A DNA stretch of 64,000 nt, taken from Paecilomyces variotii. Lineage: Eukaryota. The position numbers and the translations under genes are program-made. Position 1 is the stretch's first letter. Every line of letters starts with the position of its first letter. Shown in pieces: positions 1-11,570 of the stretch. The DNA is taken from NCBI GenBank assembly GCA_004022145.1, contig RCNU01000001.1. One strand, 5' to 3'. The notes beneath the pieces are model-generated. The model saw nothing but the letters and a program-made list of their open reading frames with translations. It had not been told where the DNA came from and ran no database searches.

Positions 1-1332
1 TAGCTTCTGCTGTGTACGCGATGGTGGCTCGGCACCTGGTGGCCGTGATGGAGGCGAGGCTTTCGTCCGCTTCGAGCTCGTACCACGACCCGGAGATGGA
101 GGGGTCTGGGGATGATAATGGGGGAGGAAAGAGGAGGGAGTATTGGGGTCTGAGTCTGTGCGGGACGCCGCATGACGGCCATCCTTGTTGATGATGAAGC
201 GTGACACGCCGCCTTCAATGGAGGAAGATGTAGCCTGTCCGTGTGTGCCTGGTGTAGAAGCCATTGCTGGGTTCGAGGTCGACAAATGACTGCGACGAGA
301 CCCATCATGAGCGGAGGCCAGGTTTGTCAGAGATGCATTACGGGAAGCAGTATTAATCACTGCGGGTTTCGCCATAGCTGATATCGATGACATGGCCGGG
401 GGAGCCTTGGATGGACGTGACTGGCTGAGTAACCGCGAGGCTATATCGTGTTCTGAACCTTTCACGGATTGCGCGTGTTCCTCTTCGGCCTCTTGCCGCT
501 CTCGACTTACTCTGTCTTCTCTCTCTCCGTCTGATTCTCGGTCTTCGTCATCTGAGTGAGAGAGTCCCGTCGAGAAGGTCCTGCTTGTTGGCTCCGGCAG
601 GCTGGTCGCTTGCGGAACGCGAGGATAGGGACGTTTCACAAAGGTCAACGGGTCAACCAGCACCGCACTGTTCTCTGCACTACCTTTTGACGGAGCTACT
701 GAATTCCGTCTCGTGCTCTCTGGTGACTGTGTACTATCTTCCCATTCACCTTCGTCGTCGTCCTCGTCCGGATCACCCAACTCGAAACCCACGACCTTCT
801 TCGGTTGGCCTCTGGCACTTTGCGGACGGTCTGTGACCAACGCCTTCTTTCCTGGCACAGTTGCGGTATTTCGACGAAGAGCCGGAGTGGAGAAGTTCTT
901 CTTTATCGACGCATGTGTTTTGTGGTCGCCCAAGGAAGTCGGAGCATCCCAACGGACGTGGTGGCCCTTTGGGCTGGCAGCTGGAGTCACTGCAGCGGAT
1001 GTCGCTGGAGCCGACTTCTTTCGCTGGTGATGTCTCGTGCCTGTGCCGATCCCGTACGCATGACCTTCAATGATATTCTGGCCCGAAGTCGGTCTCTGTA
1101 ACTTGTTCAGATTCTTGCCAAATGAAGGGTTGCGGCTATGGGTGCGATGGGCACCGCCCACCACATGGGGTCGATGTAGCTTATGTACAGGCGCCCTCTG
1201 AGTGTGCGATTGAGATAGATCTGCGTTATTCGACGATGGGGGCCGCGGGGTGATGATGGCATGCGAGGACACTGAGCGACGGGCCAGTCCTGGCCGTTTA
1301 ACCGGGGAGGAGGTGTTATTTGAGGTTGGCAT
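1..1332 (-). CDS. tco89: TORC1 subunit Tco89-domain protein (5' part; runs off the window start)
   Basis: Not in the ORF track because it has no stop inside the window. The minus strand reads from ATG at 1332: MPTSNNTSSPVKRPGLARRSVSSH...HSRNPSFGKNLNKLQR...KKVVGFELGDPDEDDDEGEWEDS... At the window edge it reads EPPSRTQQKL, the SRTQQKL motif typical of fungal Tco89 homologues. The middle stretch was only partly translated by eye. Confidence 0.65.
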   Translation of the reverse strand, partial: MPTSNNTSSPVKRPGLARRSVSSHAIITPRPPSSNNADLSQSHTQRAPVHKLHRPHVVGGAHRTHSRNPSFGKNLNKLQRPTSGQNIIEGHAYGIGTGTRHHQRKKSAPATSAAVTPAASPKGHHVRWDAPTSLGDHKTHASIKKNFSTPALRRNTATVPGKKALVTDRPQSARGQPKKVVGFELGDPDEDDDEGEWEDSTQSPESTRRNSVAPSKGSAENSAVLVDPLTFVKRPYPRVPQATSLPEPTSRTFSTGLSHSDDEDRESDGEREDRVSRERQEAEEEHAQSVKGSEHDIASRLLSQSRPSKAPPAMSSISAMAKPAVINTASRNASLTNLASAHDGSRRSHLSTSNPAMASTPGTHGQATSSSIEGGVSRFIINKDGRHAASRTDSDPNTPSSFLPHYHPQTPPSPGRGTSSKRTKASPPSRPPGAEPPSRTQQKL

Positions 1333-2270
1333 GCTTGTGAAGAAGGACTAACAACGAACTGAAGTCCACTAGAATAATCTCCGGGCAAGACAGAAGCTGA
1401 CAGGTGTACTCTACATCGTTAGCTAGCTGTTGGGGGCCCTTTGTGTTTCTGCATCGCCTGGTGGTTGAAGCCGTTTGCCGTCTGGAGCTGCTGTCTCCGG
1501 CTGACTAAGCGCCCGGCTAAGGTGGCGCTTTCTTTCACTTTGGATAGAAATAGAAAGCGAACTAGGACAGTCAATTGATTCACTCAAAGGATGAGGTTCC
1601 AGGAGAAATTCACTCCTCATGGCTGATAATCATAATGGACAACTAGGTACTCTAAATACATTCATCAGGCGCCGGATCTCCCCGGTTTTCCCATCTGGGA
1701 AACGGACTGACCTCATAATCATATCGGCCCTTGGCTTGCAGGACGGACACAGAACCAGACATTGACCACAGATTCGAAAGTTCAGCCGGGCCAGGACAGT
1801 CTACGACGAGAGTCACTAACAAAGGCAAATTCAAAATCTTCAAATCTTTCGAGGCTGGCAGCCGCTGTACAGCTATTAGTGTCACATAAAATTCACCGGT
1901 GCCTCGAGCTAATAATGAATTGCGGAGCTGCCAAAATCCACCTCACAGACGTACTGTTTTCGATTCGAAGGTCAATTCCGATAGCAAATGCTATCCCAAT
2001 ACATGCGTTCACACAGGAGATCCCCATAAATTCACTACATACATAGACCCATACAATACATGTTGATGGCATTCACAGCCGCTCGCCGCAAAGGGTCCCA
2101 TATGTTAAGACTAGAAGGGATGTGAGGGTAAAAGCATGGACTTCTTGTTCTGAAAGGAGTGGCCACATCTGGTATCATTAATGCTATGCCGAGAGACGAT
2201 TGTTGGAAAGATCGATGCAACAGGGGTAAAAGAGAAGGAGAAAACGCCGTCGCTAACATGTCCGGTTCAC

Positions 2271-4631
2271 TCATAGATCAATCAGAGACTCTTCTACCAT
2301 CGGCTTAGGTTGCGGAGGTTGCGATTGTTGGGGGTATGCAGTCGCCGGCGGGTTTCCAGCCAAGGCAGGATAAGACCCGTTAGACCAAGCTCCCGTTTCT
2401 GTTGCCTGATATGGCTGCTGGGGCTGTTGGTAGAATGATTGTGGAGGCTGCTGAGACGGGTACGGAGGGTATCCTTGTGCCTGTTCCTGATGAGGTGGAT
2501 AGCCCGGTGATTGCACTGGCTCCCCACCGACAGGCTGGTAAGGCAGACTCTGAGATGAAGGGCTCTGAGGTGTAGCTTGTTGGTACTGAGAGTCACGTCG
2601 GACGACTGAAGGCTGCTGGAAGGGGGCTTGAGGTTCCGCCTGCGTGGGAGGTTGAGGTTGGTTCGAAGGCTGCCTTTGCGCAGGATAATAGCTGTCCGGG
2701 GTTGCTTGTGGCGCAGTACTGCCCGGATAGGGGCCAGCACTCGGAGGAGCAGGTGTAGCATGCTGGTTCTGTTCCGGATTCCACGTCTGAGAAGGTGCGG
2801 CACCATAATGAGACATTTGTGGAGGATACGGAGGACTTGACACTCCAGCAGACGGCACCCCTTGCTCAAGGCCCCTGCCAGCAAACTGCGCCGTAGCACC
2901 TGGAGACTGGGGCTGCTCAGGAGCATTATTTCCGTAGTAGAAGTTTTCAACAGCACCTCTTCCTGTGGGAGGGTTTCCAGAAAGCGTAGGATATATATCC
3001 GAACGTTGCGGGGCGGGCGAGAAGGATCCATAGCTGCCCAGCCTGTGATGCGCATATGCACTGGACAATCGTTCCTCTAGCATGCGATCGTAATACCGCA
3101 CAGCTGTGGAGAGTTTCGCGTGCAGGTCGAGAAGCGTGTCTGCATATATTAGCCAAATTCTTCCAAAGAATATCCGCGCCATGACATACCGTGCTTGCTC
3201 ATCGTCTCCCCGTATGTGCGTGCTAATTTGGGACGTAGAGCTCCGATACTCTCGTACAGTTCTTGAATCTGAGGCTCGCGTAGAATGGTACCCGGCGGTT
3301 GATGTTGGAGACGCTCGACCAGCGTGGCGAACAAGTTGATATTTTCCGCTTCCACAGGGGTGAGCTCATACGGGTTTTTGGGCAAGGGGGTCACCGTCGA
3401 GGCACCGTTAGCTGTTGGGGCAGAGGCTGTTGAGCTTTTCAAGGCGGCTGCGTGCTTCCTCTTTTGTTCCTCCATGTCCCTTAATGATGCCTCTATGGCA
3501 GCCTTCAGATCCGCGTCTTCCTCCTCTTCAGGCATGGGTTCATTCAAAGGCTTGCTGGTTTCTCGGGCTAGCTTGGGCTGCGGAACGTAGCCTGATGATC
3601 CGCCTTGTGCCTCCTCCAAACTCATCTGCAGTGCTCTTCTCAGATCCTCGTCGAAACTGCTATCCACCCTGGCGTCGCGCGGCTCCATCGAGGTGGTTGC
3701 CTTTGTGATAGAGTTGTTTTTAAACGCCGCTCGATCAGAGATCCCAGCTTGGCCAAAGGTCTTCGATGTGAGCTTAGCATAACAGCCATCATCTACTCGG
3801 ACAGGTTGCAGTATTCCCAGATGGGGCAACGGCAGACTCTTGCTGGAACACTGGCTGTCGAAGACATTGCCGCAGTTACGGCAATGGTGTTTTCTATTTG
3901 TAAATGTAAAAGGCGTACGGCATCGCATGCAGACATCGGAGTCAATCCACTCTGGTGGCTAGGAGAGTACGGGTAAAATCAGCAATGCAGTCTTTGGATG
4001 CCCAGAGGACGGAAAACTCACCGCACTACTATCGAGCATGCTGCTGGTGATTTCAGTCTTGGGAGGAAACCGAAAACCTTCATCTTGCAGCTTCCGATAA
4101 GTTTCGCCCACGTATCTGAGATCCATACGTCCTTGCGCTGCCATGGCCCAATTCTGGATAAGCTCCAACATCTTCTCTTGGACGTCATGGTTGAGCGGAG
4201 CGGCATCTGACTTTAACAGTGACACCAAGTTATCCATAAACTCACGGGAGGCAATCTCAGCCAGAAAATGCGTGCCCCCGTTCTTGACACACGTATCTGT
4301 CAACTGGAGACCCGATAGTTAGCGCATCACTGACCCCACGGTCTCCGGACTAGCCACCAACCTTCAACGTCGCAAGTTGTATATTCGGGTTCTTATTTTC
4401 TAGTCGTCGTTTCAACGCTCGCATCGCTTCTTTTGGCTGCACACTCTTCGACCGAATCATGTCTGAAATCTCCAAGTTGAGGGCAATATCCTCCCTATTG
4501 CTCAGTCAGCCCTGTATCGATGCAGCTCAGCTCAATCGCACAGGAGGTAGCGATGCCACTTACAGCGATGAAGCTGTCGCGCGCTCGATTTGATCATCGA
4601 GCGGCGAGGCGGACGAAAACCAGCCCGCCAT
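2271..4631 (-). CDS. vps27: ESCRT-0 subunit Vps27 (VHS-FYVE-UIM-GAT), multi-exon
   Basis: Exon 1 [26 protein letters not shown] segment ([28 protein letters not shown]); FYVE ([12 protein letters not shown]...RVDDGCY); two UIMs ([24 protein letters not shown]); P/Q-rich tail ending in the clathrin box SLIDL. Confidence 0.97.
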
Positions 4632-5430
4632 GTTGACTGTTGTGATCCTAGCGGGCGACAGTGGCTCGAACGACCAAGATCAACGGTTGCGCACCGCAAG
4701 CTTATGACGTTCGGTGAACAGGATAGGACCAGATACGGAATGCGTTGACGACAGCCCTGATGGGAAGCGCTTTCAGTAGCTATAGGCGCGATAGACAGGC
4801 GTTGCACTGGACAAACAGCTGTGTAGATGGCGGGCACTGTTGGATGTTGCTGTCTGGTGTTGATGCTCCAGGCAGATAGTTCGCAGCAGTTCCAGGTCCC
4901 TCCACCTCCACTGGATGCCTGGCTTGGCGTTTCCATGTATCCATGTACATTAACTTAGTAAGGCAGAGTAATGAAGCAGATGACTCAGCTATTCCATGCA
5001 CAACATCTATCTTGGGTTTAGCGCTTCATCTGTCTTCTTCTATCGTGCCCTCTCAGTGGCGTCATCGACGAAGGCGGTGAGATATCCCTCACGTGCGAAT
5101 AATACCGTACGGCCGTGACCGAAACTTTACAGGCTTCCCGTACCCCAGACGGAGACGCCCCGCCTGGTTGGCCCGCGGAGACAAGCCCGAGTCAACTACC
5201 TTCTTTCTCTCTGCTCGCTAATATGTTTCTTCGAGGTCTCTCCTGTCGTGGAATACCTCTGGATATTTCTTGATCTGTCGCTCTTCTTGTCCTTTGTGTT
5301 GCGGTTCTCCAACTGCCCGGAATCGTCCTCGTTCGGCAGCGACACTCGAAACGCCTCTTCGTCCCGGTCACCACCTGTGCTACAGTCACCCTCGGATCAT
5401 GCGTCCTTCCTGGCCCCGGTGCTTTGGATA

Positions 5431-8400
5431 ATGTTATCAGATACAGCTGCGCTCCCATCAGTGCCCAGTTTCGAGCCCTGGAGGGATATCAACGGTTCTC
5501 GATCGGGGGGTGGGATGCAACCTGGCGGCGATCGGAGTAGCTGGGCTGGTCCGTATCGGAATGGCAATGATACCCCACCAAGTGGTCGTCAGCGGCCAAG
5601 ATTCCCGAATATAAAAGATCTTCAGGATGAGGCAGCAGCATTAGGCGTGGACGAGAAGGCTTCTGTAAGTTTCAATACAGTTTATGCCGCTCCAGGATCG
5701 CAGTCGTAGGTCTTTAACATGTACGTACGGTTTGCTAACTGCTCTGCATAGCTGAATGCGCTGTTGAGGACAGCCAAGGATGCCATACGGCAATCTCGCA
5801 CCGCTGTGGACAAGGGAGAGCTAGACGTTGCCTATGTCCTATACTTGCGCGCTTCAGAAATAACTGTCAATACCATACCGCACCATCCAGACTACCGGAT
5901 AGCGATCAACCAACGGCCAGGATGGTATGACCAGTTTGCAGATCTAATGCTGGTATGATCCCTAGTGATTCTCCTTGACTGTCGTTCTGAACAGCCATTC
6001 TGCTGCCTGTCTGCTCTGTATCTCACTGACGTTTAATAATTCCTAGTCTGTTAGGACCAAACAGGCAACCATGGACTCAATCAAACAGCAGATTCTCGAA
6101 GATAACCTTGCCAACAATGTCAAACCTACAGGGGCGCGCACGCTTCCACCATCGGCGTCCTCGAACACGCCCTCACAACCTGGTGGGAACAGCGAAATTG
6201 GCAACAGTATATTGAGAATGCCGAGTCCTTCGGATTTCCAAGCAGGGGACGCGAGAATTACAAATCCTGTTGACGATGTACTAGCCCAGAGATTTGCCAG
6301 ACTGAAGGCAACACCATCATCTATTCAAGGATCTCAGACGCCTGTTACCTCCGTTCAGACGGATGATCCTTCGGTCTCTCCGCCTCATGGGAAGCCCTCG
6401 GACTATCCACCGCGGCCATCTACCACCTCTCCACGCGCATCGCTCATGTCGCCCTCTTTGCGCCCTATGGGTCCGCGGAATATGGGATCACCACATAGTG
6501 TACCTTCGCTCCCCCCAAAAGTTCCATTAGACGCGCCACTTCCTCGCGCGCCCGATCCAGCATATAACCCGATATTCACTGTACCAAACCAATCCCCTTC
6601 TAACCCTCCAAGAACTTCGACCGAAAGCGCACGAGCAGCAAACTCAAGATACTCTCATATCGCCGGTTCTCCAAGAGGTAGCCCTAGTCGAGGTGCATTG
6701 GACGACAATCCTTATCGGTCACGGACTCCAAATGGCGTTCATCCGGCAGCAGAATCAAAAAGCAGTTCTGCCGATTTACCCCACAATCCGACTGTTAGTG
6801 CACAGCAGCTACTGGATTATCTCCGGAAATACAATGTACTTCTGATTGATGTCCGTCCGCGGAACCGTTACGACAACGGACATATATACGCGAAGTCGAT
6901 TATTTGCATTGAGCCCGTTGCTTTGAAGGAGAATGTTTCTGCAGAAGAATTGGAGGAGAGATTGATAGTCTCTCCGGAATATGAGCAGTCATTGTTTGAA
7001 AGAAGAAATGAGTTTGATCTGGTTGTATACTATGATCAAAGCACAGCTTCCGTCAGCTATCTTGCCGGGTCCCCTGTCGGGACAACGGCGCCGCATCTCA
7101 GAGCTCTCTACGACACGTTATATGAGTTTAACGCATACAAGCCGTTGAGGGACGGACGCCCACCGGCTCTACTAGTCGGTGGCCTGGATGCATGGATTGA
7201 CTTGCTTGGCCAGCAGTCCCTCGCTACCTCATCCACGGCTGCTGTCATGGGGTCGCTTCAACCCAAGAGACCCGGCAGAGGACCGGGCAGGCCCATCGGC
7301 AGAGTCCCAACAATGGCCAGTGCAAATTCCAGTTTAGAAGTGAGAAAGAGAAGACTCCGAGAATTCACACCACTTAATGCGGAGGAGCTCACTGCATGGA
7401 TGGAAAGGTCCAGGGTAGAAGAGATTGATCCCGAGAGCTATGAGGGCGAGGACGAGACTATAACCGAAACACCAGAAGAGAGCGTAGCAGAGCAAGAACC
7501 TTCTTCTCCTTTTATCCACTCATATGAGGACTTCCTGCGACGCTTCCCCGAGCCGCATGCTGTCCAGCAGTCAATGATCATGTCCGAGACTCGACCGCCA
7601 CTCCCGTCTGTGCCCAATTATGGCGCTCCTGTGCCTGTTGTACCTTCACGGCCGCCACCTGCTGTGCCGCGACGAAGTTATGGAGGTGTCTCAGATGGCC
7701 GGCAGATTCAGCCTACGCTTGCGCGACAGAATTCTGCAAATAGGACTGCTTTGTACACGTCGAACTCCGTCATCCATCGACTCAAGCTCCCACGAACGGG
7801 TCTTACGAACTTTGGTGTGACCTGCTATATGAATTCGACCATTCAATGCTTGAGTGCAACAATTGCGCTAAGCAAATTCTTTATCGATAACCGTTTCCGA
7901 TTCTATGTACAAAAGAACTGGAAGGGGTCCCAGGGGGTCATGCCTGGTCTGTACGCCAATCTCATTCGTTCGCTGTGGAAGAACGACGTGGAAGTAATCA
8001 TGCCTACGTCCTTCCGAAACTTCTGTGGGCGACTGAACCGGGAGTGGGCAATAGACAGACAGCAGGATGCAAAAGAATTTTTCGATTTTCTCGTCGACTG
8101 TTTACACGAGGATCTTAACATCAACTGGCAGCGGACTCCACTGCGTCCGTTGACATTCGAAGAAGAAATGCAGCGAGAGAGGATGCCGGTGCCCAAGGTA
8201 TCGAAGATAGAATGGGACCGTTACTGTCACCGTGAGGAATCATATATTTCTTCTCTCTTTGCGGGGCAGCACGCAAGTCGACTGCGTTGTACTACTTGCA
8301 AACGTACTTCAACAACGTATGAGGCGTTCTACAGCATTAGCGTGGAGATCCCACCTTCAGGCACTGGCGATATCTACCAATGTCTTCGCAGCTACTGTCA

Positions 8401-8899
8401 AGAGGAGATGCTGAGCGGTGATGAAGTTTGGAAGTGCCCTTACTGCAAATGCGAGCGGGTAGCAACCAAGCAAATCATCATCACCAGAGCCCCCCAGATC
8501 CTGGTTGTACACTTCAAACGCTTTTCTGCGTCGAAAACACAGAGTGCTCGAAAGATTCACACCCCTGTGGACTTCCCTCTCCACGGCCTCAGGATGGACG
8601 ATTTTGTCATCCCTGGCTCTCCCTCCAACGCACCGAACAGTGACGCACAGGGACGATATACCATCTCACCCACCTCCCCACCCTTCACCTACGATGCATA
8701 CGCCGTCCTCCGTCATATTGGCTCAACCTCAAGCGGCGGTCACTATATCTCTCTCATACGGGACGCACAGCGCCAATGCTGGCGTAAATTCGATGACGAG
8801 CGCGTCACGGAGTTCAGCCCGCGCGATCTACGATTTTCTGACCGCCTTCAAAACGAGCAGGCATACATTGTATTCTACGAGCGTGTTCCAGCGAAATAA
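5431..8899 (+). CDS. doa4: Ubiquitin C-terminal hydrolase Doa4/Ubp4 (rhodanese-like + USP domain), 3 exons
   Basis: Rhodanese-like LLIDVRPR..YDNGHI; Cys box GLTNFGVTCYMNS; QQDAKEF; His box GGHY..WRKFDD. Introns start at about 5665 and 5953. The start ATG at 5431 is inferred. Confidence 0.93.
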
Positions 8900-9557
8900 C
8901 CAAGTGCATTTGTTTGAGGCCTTTTTTTTTTCTTTCCATGTAATCACGACTCGCCTTTTCCATTCCCTGGTTTTTCTCTTCCACGTTCAGCTCTTTTTGG
9001 GGGGACGGTTCTTTTTTGCTAGGATGTCTAATTCTTTTGCGCGCCTACGGAGCAATGATTCCTGTCCGTGAGAGACCGCCACGCTTAGATAGAGATATGA
9101 TTACATGTATGTACGGTTTCCATATCATACCCCGGTTTTTTTTATTCTTTTTCTATTTGTTCTTTTGGTAGGGGTGGGCGCGAACGAATTGTGCCTATAA
9201 TCCTCGTGAGAGATATGTGTTTCTATACTATATTATATTTTATAGCATTAGGGGCATTGTAGAACCTCCTACGCTCCATCCAGCTACATGTTCAAGAACG
9301 AATTAATACCCGGTGTCTTCCCCTTTCAAATTTTATAAATATAGTATTATCCTAAATCCTGAAGGGGACAGAAAAAGAAAATTACATTAAAAAAGGAGAT
9401 TCGTAAGAGTCGAGTCATAAGGTCGTAAATCCGTCTACGGTCATCAATCGTCACGGCAGCCAACGAAGAAAAGGACAGAAAAGTCGGTCCAAAAGAAAAA
9501 AAAAAAGAATTATGCGTCGAGACAATGAAAATAAATCCATAGACGCCAGCTCTCTAA

Positions 9558-11570
9558 CTACGCAGAAGCCATACTGATAGGCGATAACGGCACGGCGGAA
9601 ACATTCCGAAGCATTTCATCCTGTTCTAACCTGCCCTTCGCGAACGCGGGAGAGTCAGGAAAAAGCGCACAACCACGATGCAAGATGTGGAATTCATCAT
9701 TAATAGATCTCGATACGACGCGGGGGAAGAGACACCATGGTTCCCATGTCTCGGTGGTGATGACGTCCTTCGAGGAAGAAGCGATGGCATCTCCGTGCAT
9801 ATCTATGCTATCGTAAGCTTCCGCTTCCCAGCCATCGGAGCTCTCTGTTGCTTTCAGTGAAGATGGAGGGGAGAAGTCGATTGAGATGTGGCTGTTGTCT
9901 GCGCGGATACGGGCCCAGAGAGATGCGGCACTCTCGAGAATGTCGGTGAGGTCTTCTTTGAATTTCCCTTTGATATTTTCCCGTACGAGAGGCGATAGAA
10001 TGGCGGCGATGGAGTTGACGGAGGTTTTGATGCAGGTGTCACCTGCCTCGGGCGATGCGGCGGCTGCAACGGCGTCCAGGCCTTTATAGGTCCAGACGCG
10101 CCAGGTGATCTCCTCTTCTTGGTTCAAATCGCGGTATCTTTTAGAGAGTGCTTGGAGGACAGGTGATGGATCTGCGTTTTGTTTCTCGAGAACGCTGGAG
10201 CGGAAGGGTCGCCAGACTTCTCGCTCGAGACATTCTATGATGAAGAACCGAGCGATGCGTATGCGGAGGAAAGTCGAGGCGGGCGTAGGCAGGTTTGGAA
10301 CCATTTCTAGGTCGAATATGTGGTGGAGCCGGGAAAGGTTCTTTAAGATCTTGTAGTATTGCTATTGTTGTTTTAAGCTCATGTTAGTATACAGATCAAC
10401 CCATATGGAAGCGGGAGACAAAAGAGAAAAGACTCACTGCCAAGTCTCCAGCAGGTAAATGTGTAAAGTAGTCTGTCGTCACCATTTTGATCTTCTGGGA
10501 GAGTCTGTCTAGTTCTTCTTTGCTTGAAGTTTGTCAGTTGCCGTAACTAGAAGAACATCCTCGAGCATGATGATGACTTACAATACTCCGGGATCCTCGC
10601 GTTGGATAGGACACTTTGAGTGTGCCACTTCCAGCTCAGCATCAAGTCTCCGGTTGTCCTTGAGTAGCAGCTCGTGGAATTTCGTTCCTTTCGTGATTTG
10701 ATCTCTGGCATCGGCGAGTTCTGCTTTGACCTGTTCATTCTCAGCGACAACGGCCGCCTTTTCTTCCTGTAGCTGGGTCTCTTTCTTTTGGAACTCCTCT
10801 TCCTTAGCGGCCAGTTCTTTTCTAGCCTTTTCTTCTAGTTTCGCTTTCTGCTCCTTCAATTCCTTCTCGTGCTGGTCCCTCTCTTTTTTCCTGTCAGCGA
10901 ACCAGGTAAGCCGGTCTTCCATCCTTTTCCTATCGGCCTTGATCTTGTCCTCTTCCATTCTCTTCTTCGTCTCTTCGAGGGAAGCTTTGTCGGAATTGAG
11001 GAGTTTTATTTTGTTCTGTAGTTCTTTGATTTCATGGTCTTTCTTATCGAGCTCCATGTTCTTGAGACGCTCCATTCCGCTGAGATCGTCTTTCAGTGAC
11101 TGAATATATCTCTCTCGGCTCAACCCCTTTTTTATGCTCTCATTGCTCTCAATCACATCGATCCAGTCACGGTTCTCACGAAAGAGGTTTGCAACACTGG
11201 CCACGCGGTGAATGTATTCGTATAGGGAAGCCAGGTGCTCAGCAGTCTCCCGGGTTTTCTGAAGACCGTAATCGGAGCCCCGAGCACGGCTCGAGTTGTG
11301 TTGATTGATACTCATTTTCGGGTGTGTCATGAGAATAATTTGCTCTCGATGAGCTCTCTTTTCTCTTCGCCGTTCTTCGCGTAGTCTTTGCTCCTCTCTC
11401 CTATCAATAGTCATCCCCTAATTGCCAAAGAAAGCGACATGTCAACATCTTGGATACATGGTGTACTCAAGCGACCCCCTGATACCGTCATGGAAAGTTT
11501 GTATTCTTACCATCAGAGTTGGATTGTCCGTGCGCAAATTACGACAATCGGCAACATCGAGCTTCCCCAT
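9558..11570 (-). CDS. Hypothetical coiled-coil protein (about 4 exons), function unknown
   Basis: ORFs 10578-11414 (E/K-rich heptads) and 9558-10304 join in frame through GT-AG introns and a small exon (KEELDRLSQKIKMVTTDYFTHLPAGDLA). A further GTAAGA..TAG intron links an upstream exon starting MGKLDVADCRNL at 11570. The alternative start is ATG 11414. Confidence 0.7.

Noticed and set aside
1423..1620. 65-aa ORF as the first exon of the Tco89-like gene
   Set aside because: It ends in a stop with no convincing in-frame splice; the reading frame is explained by ATG 1332.
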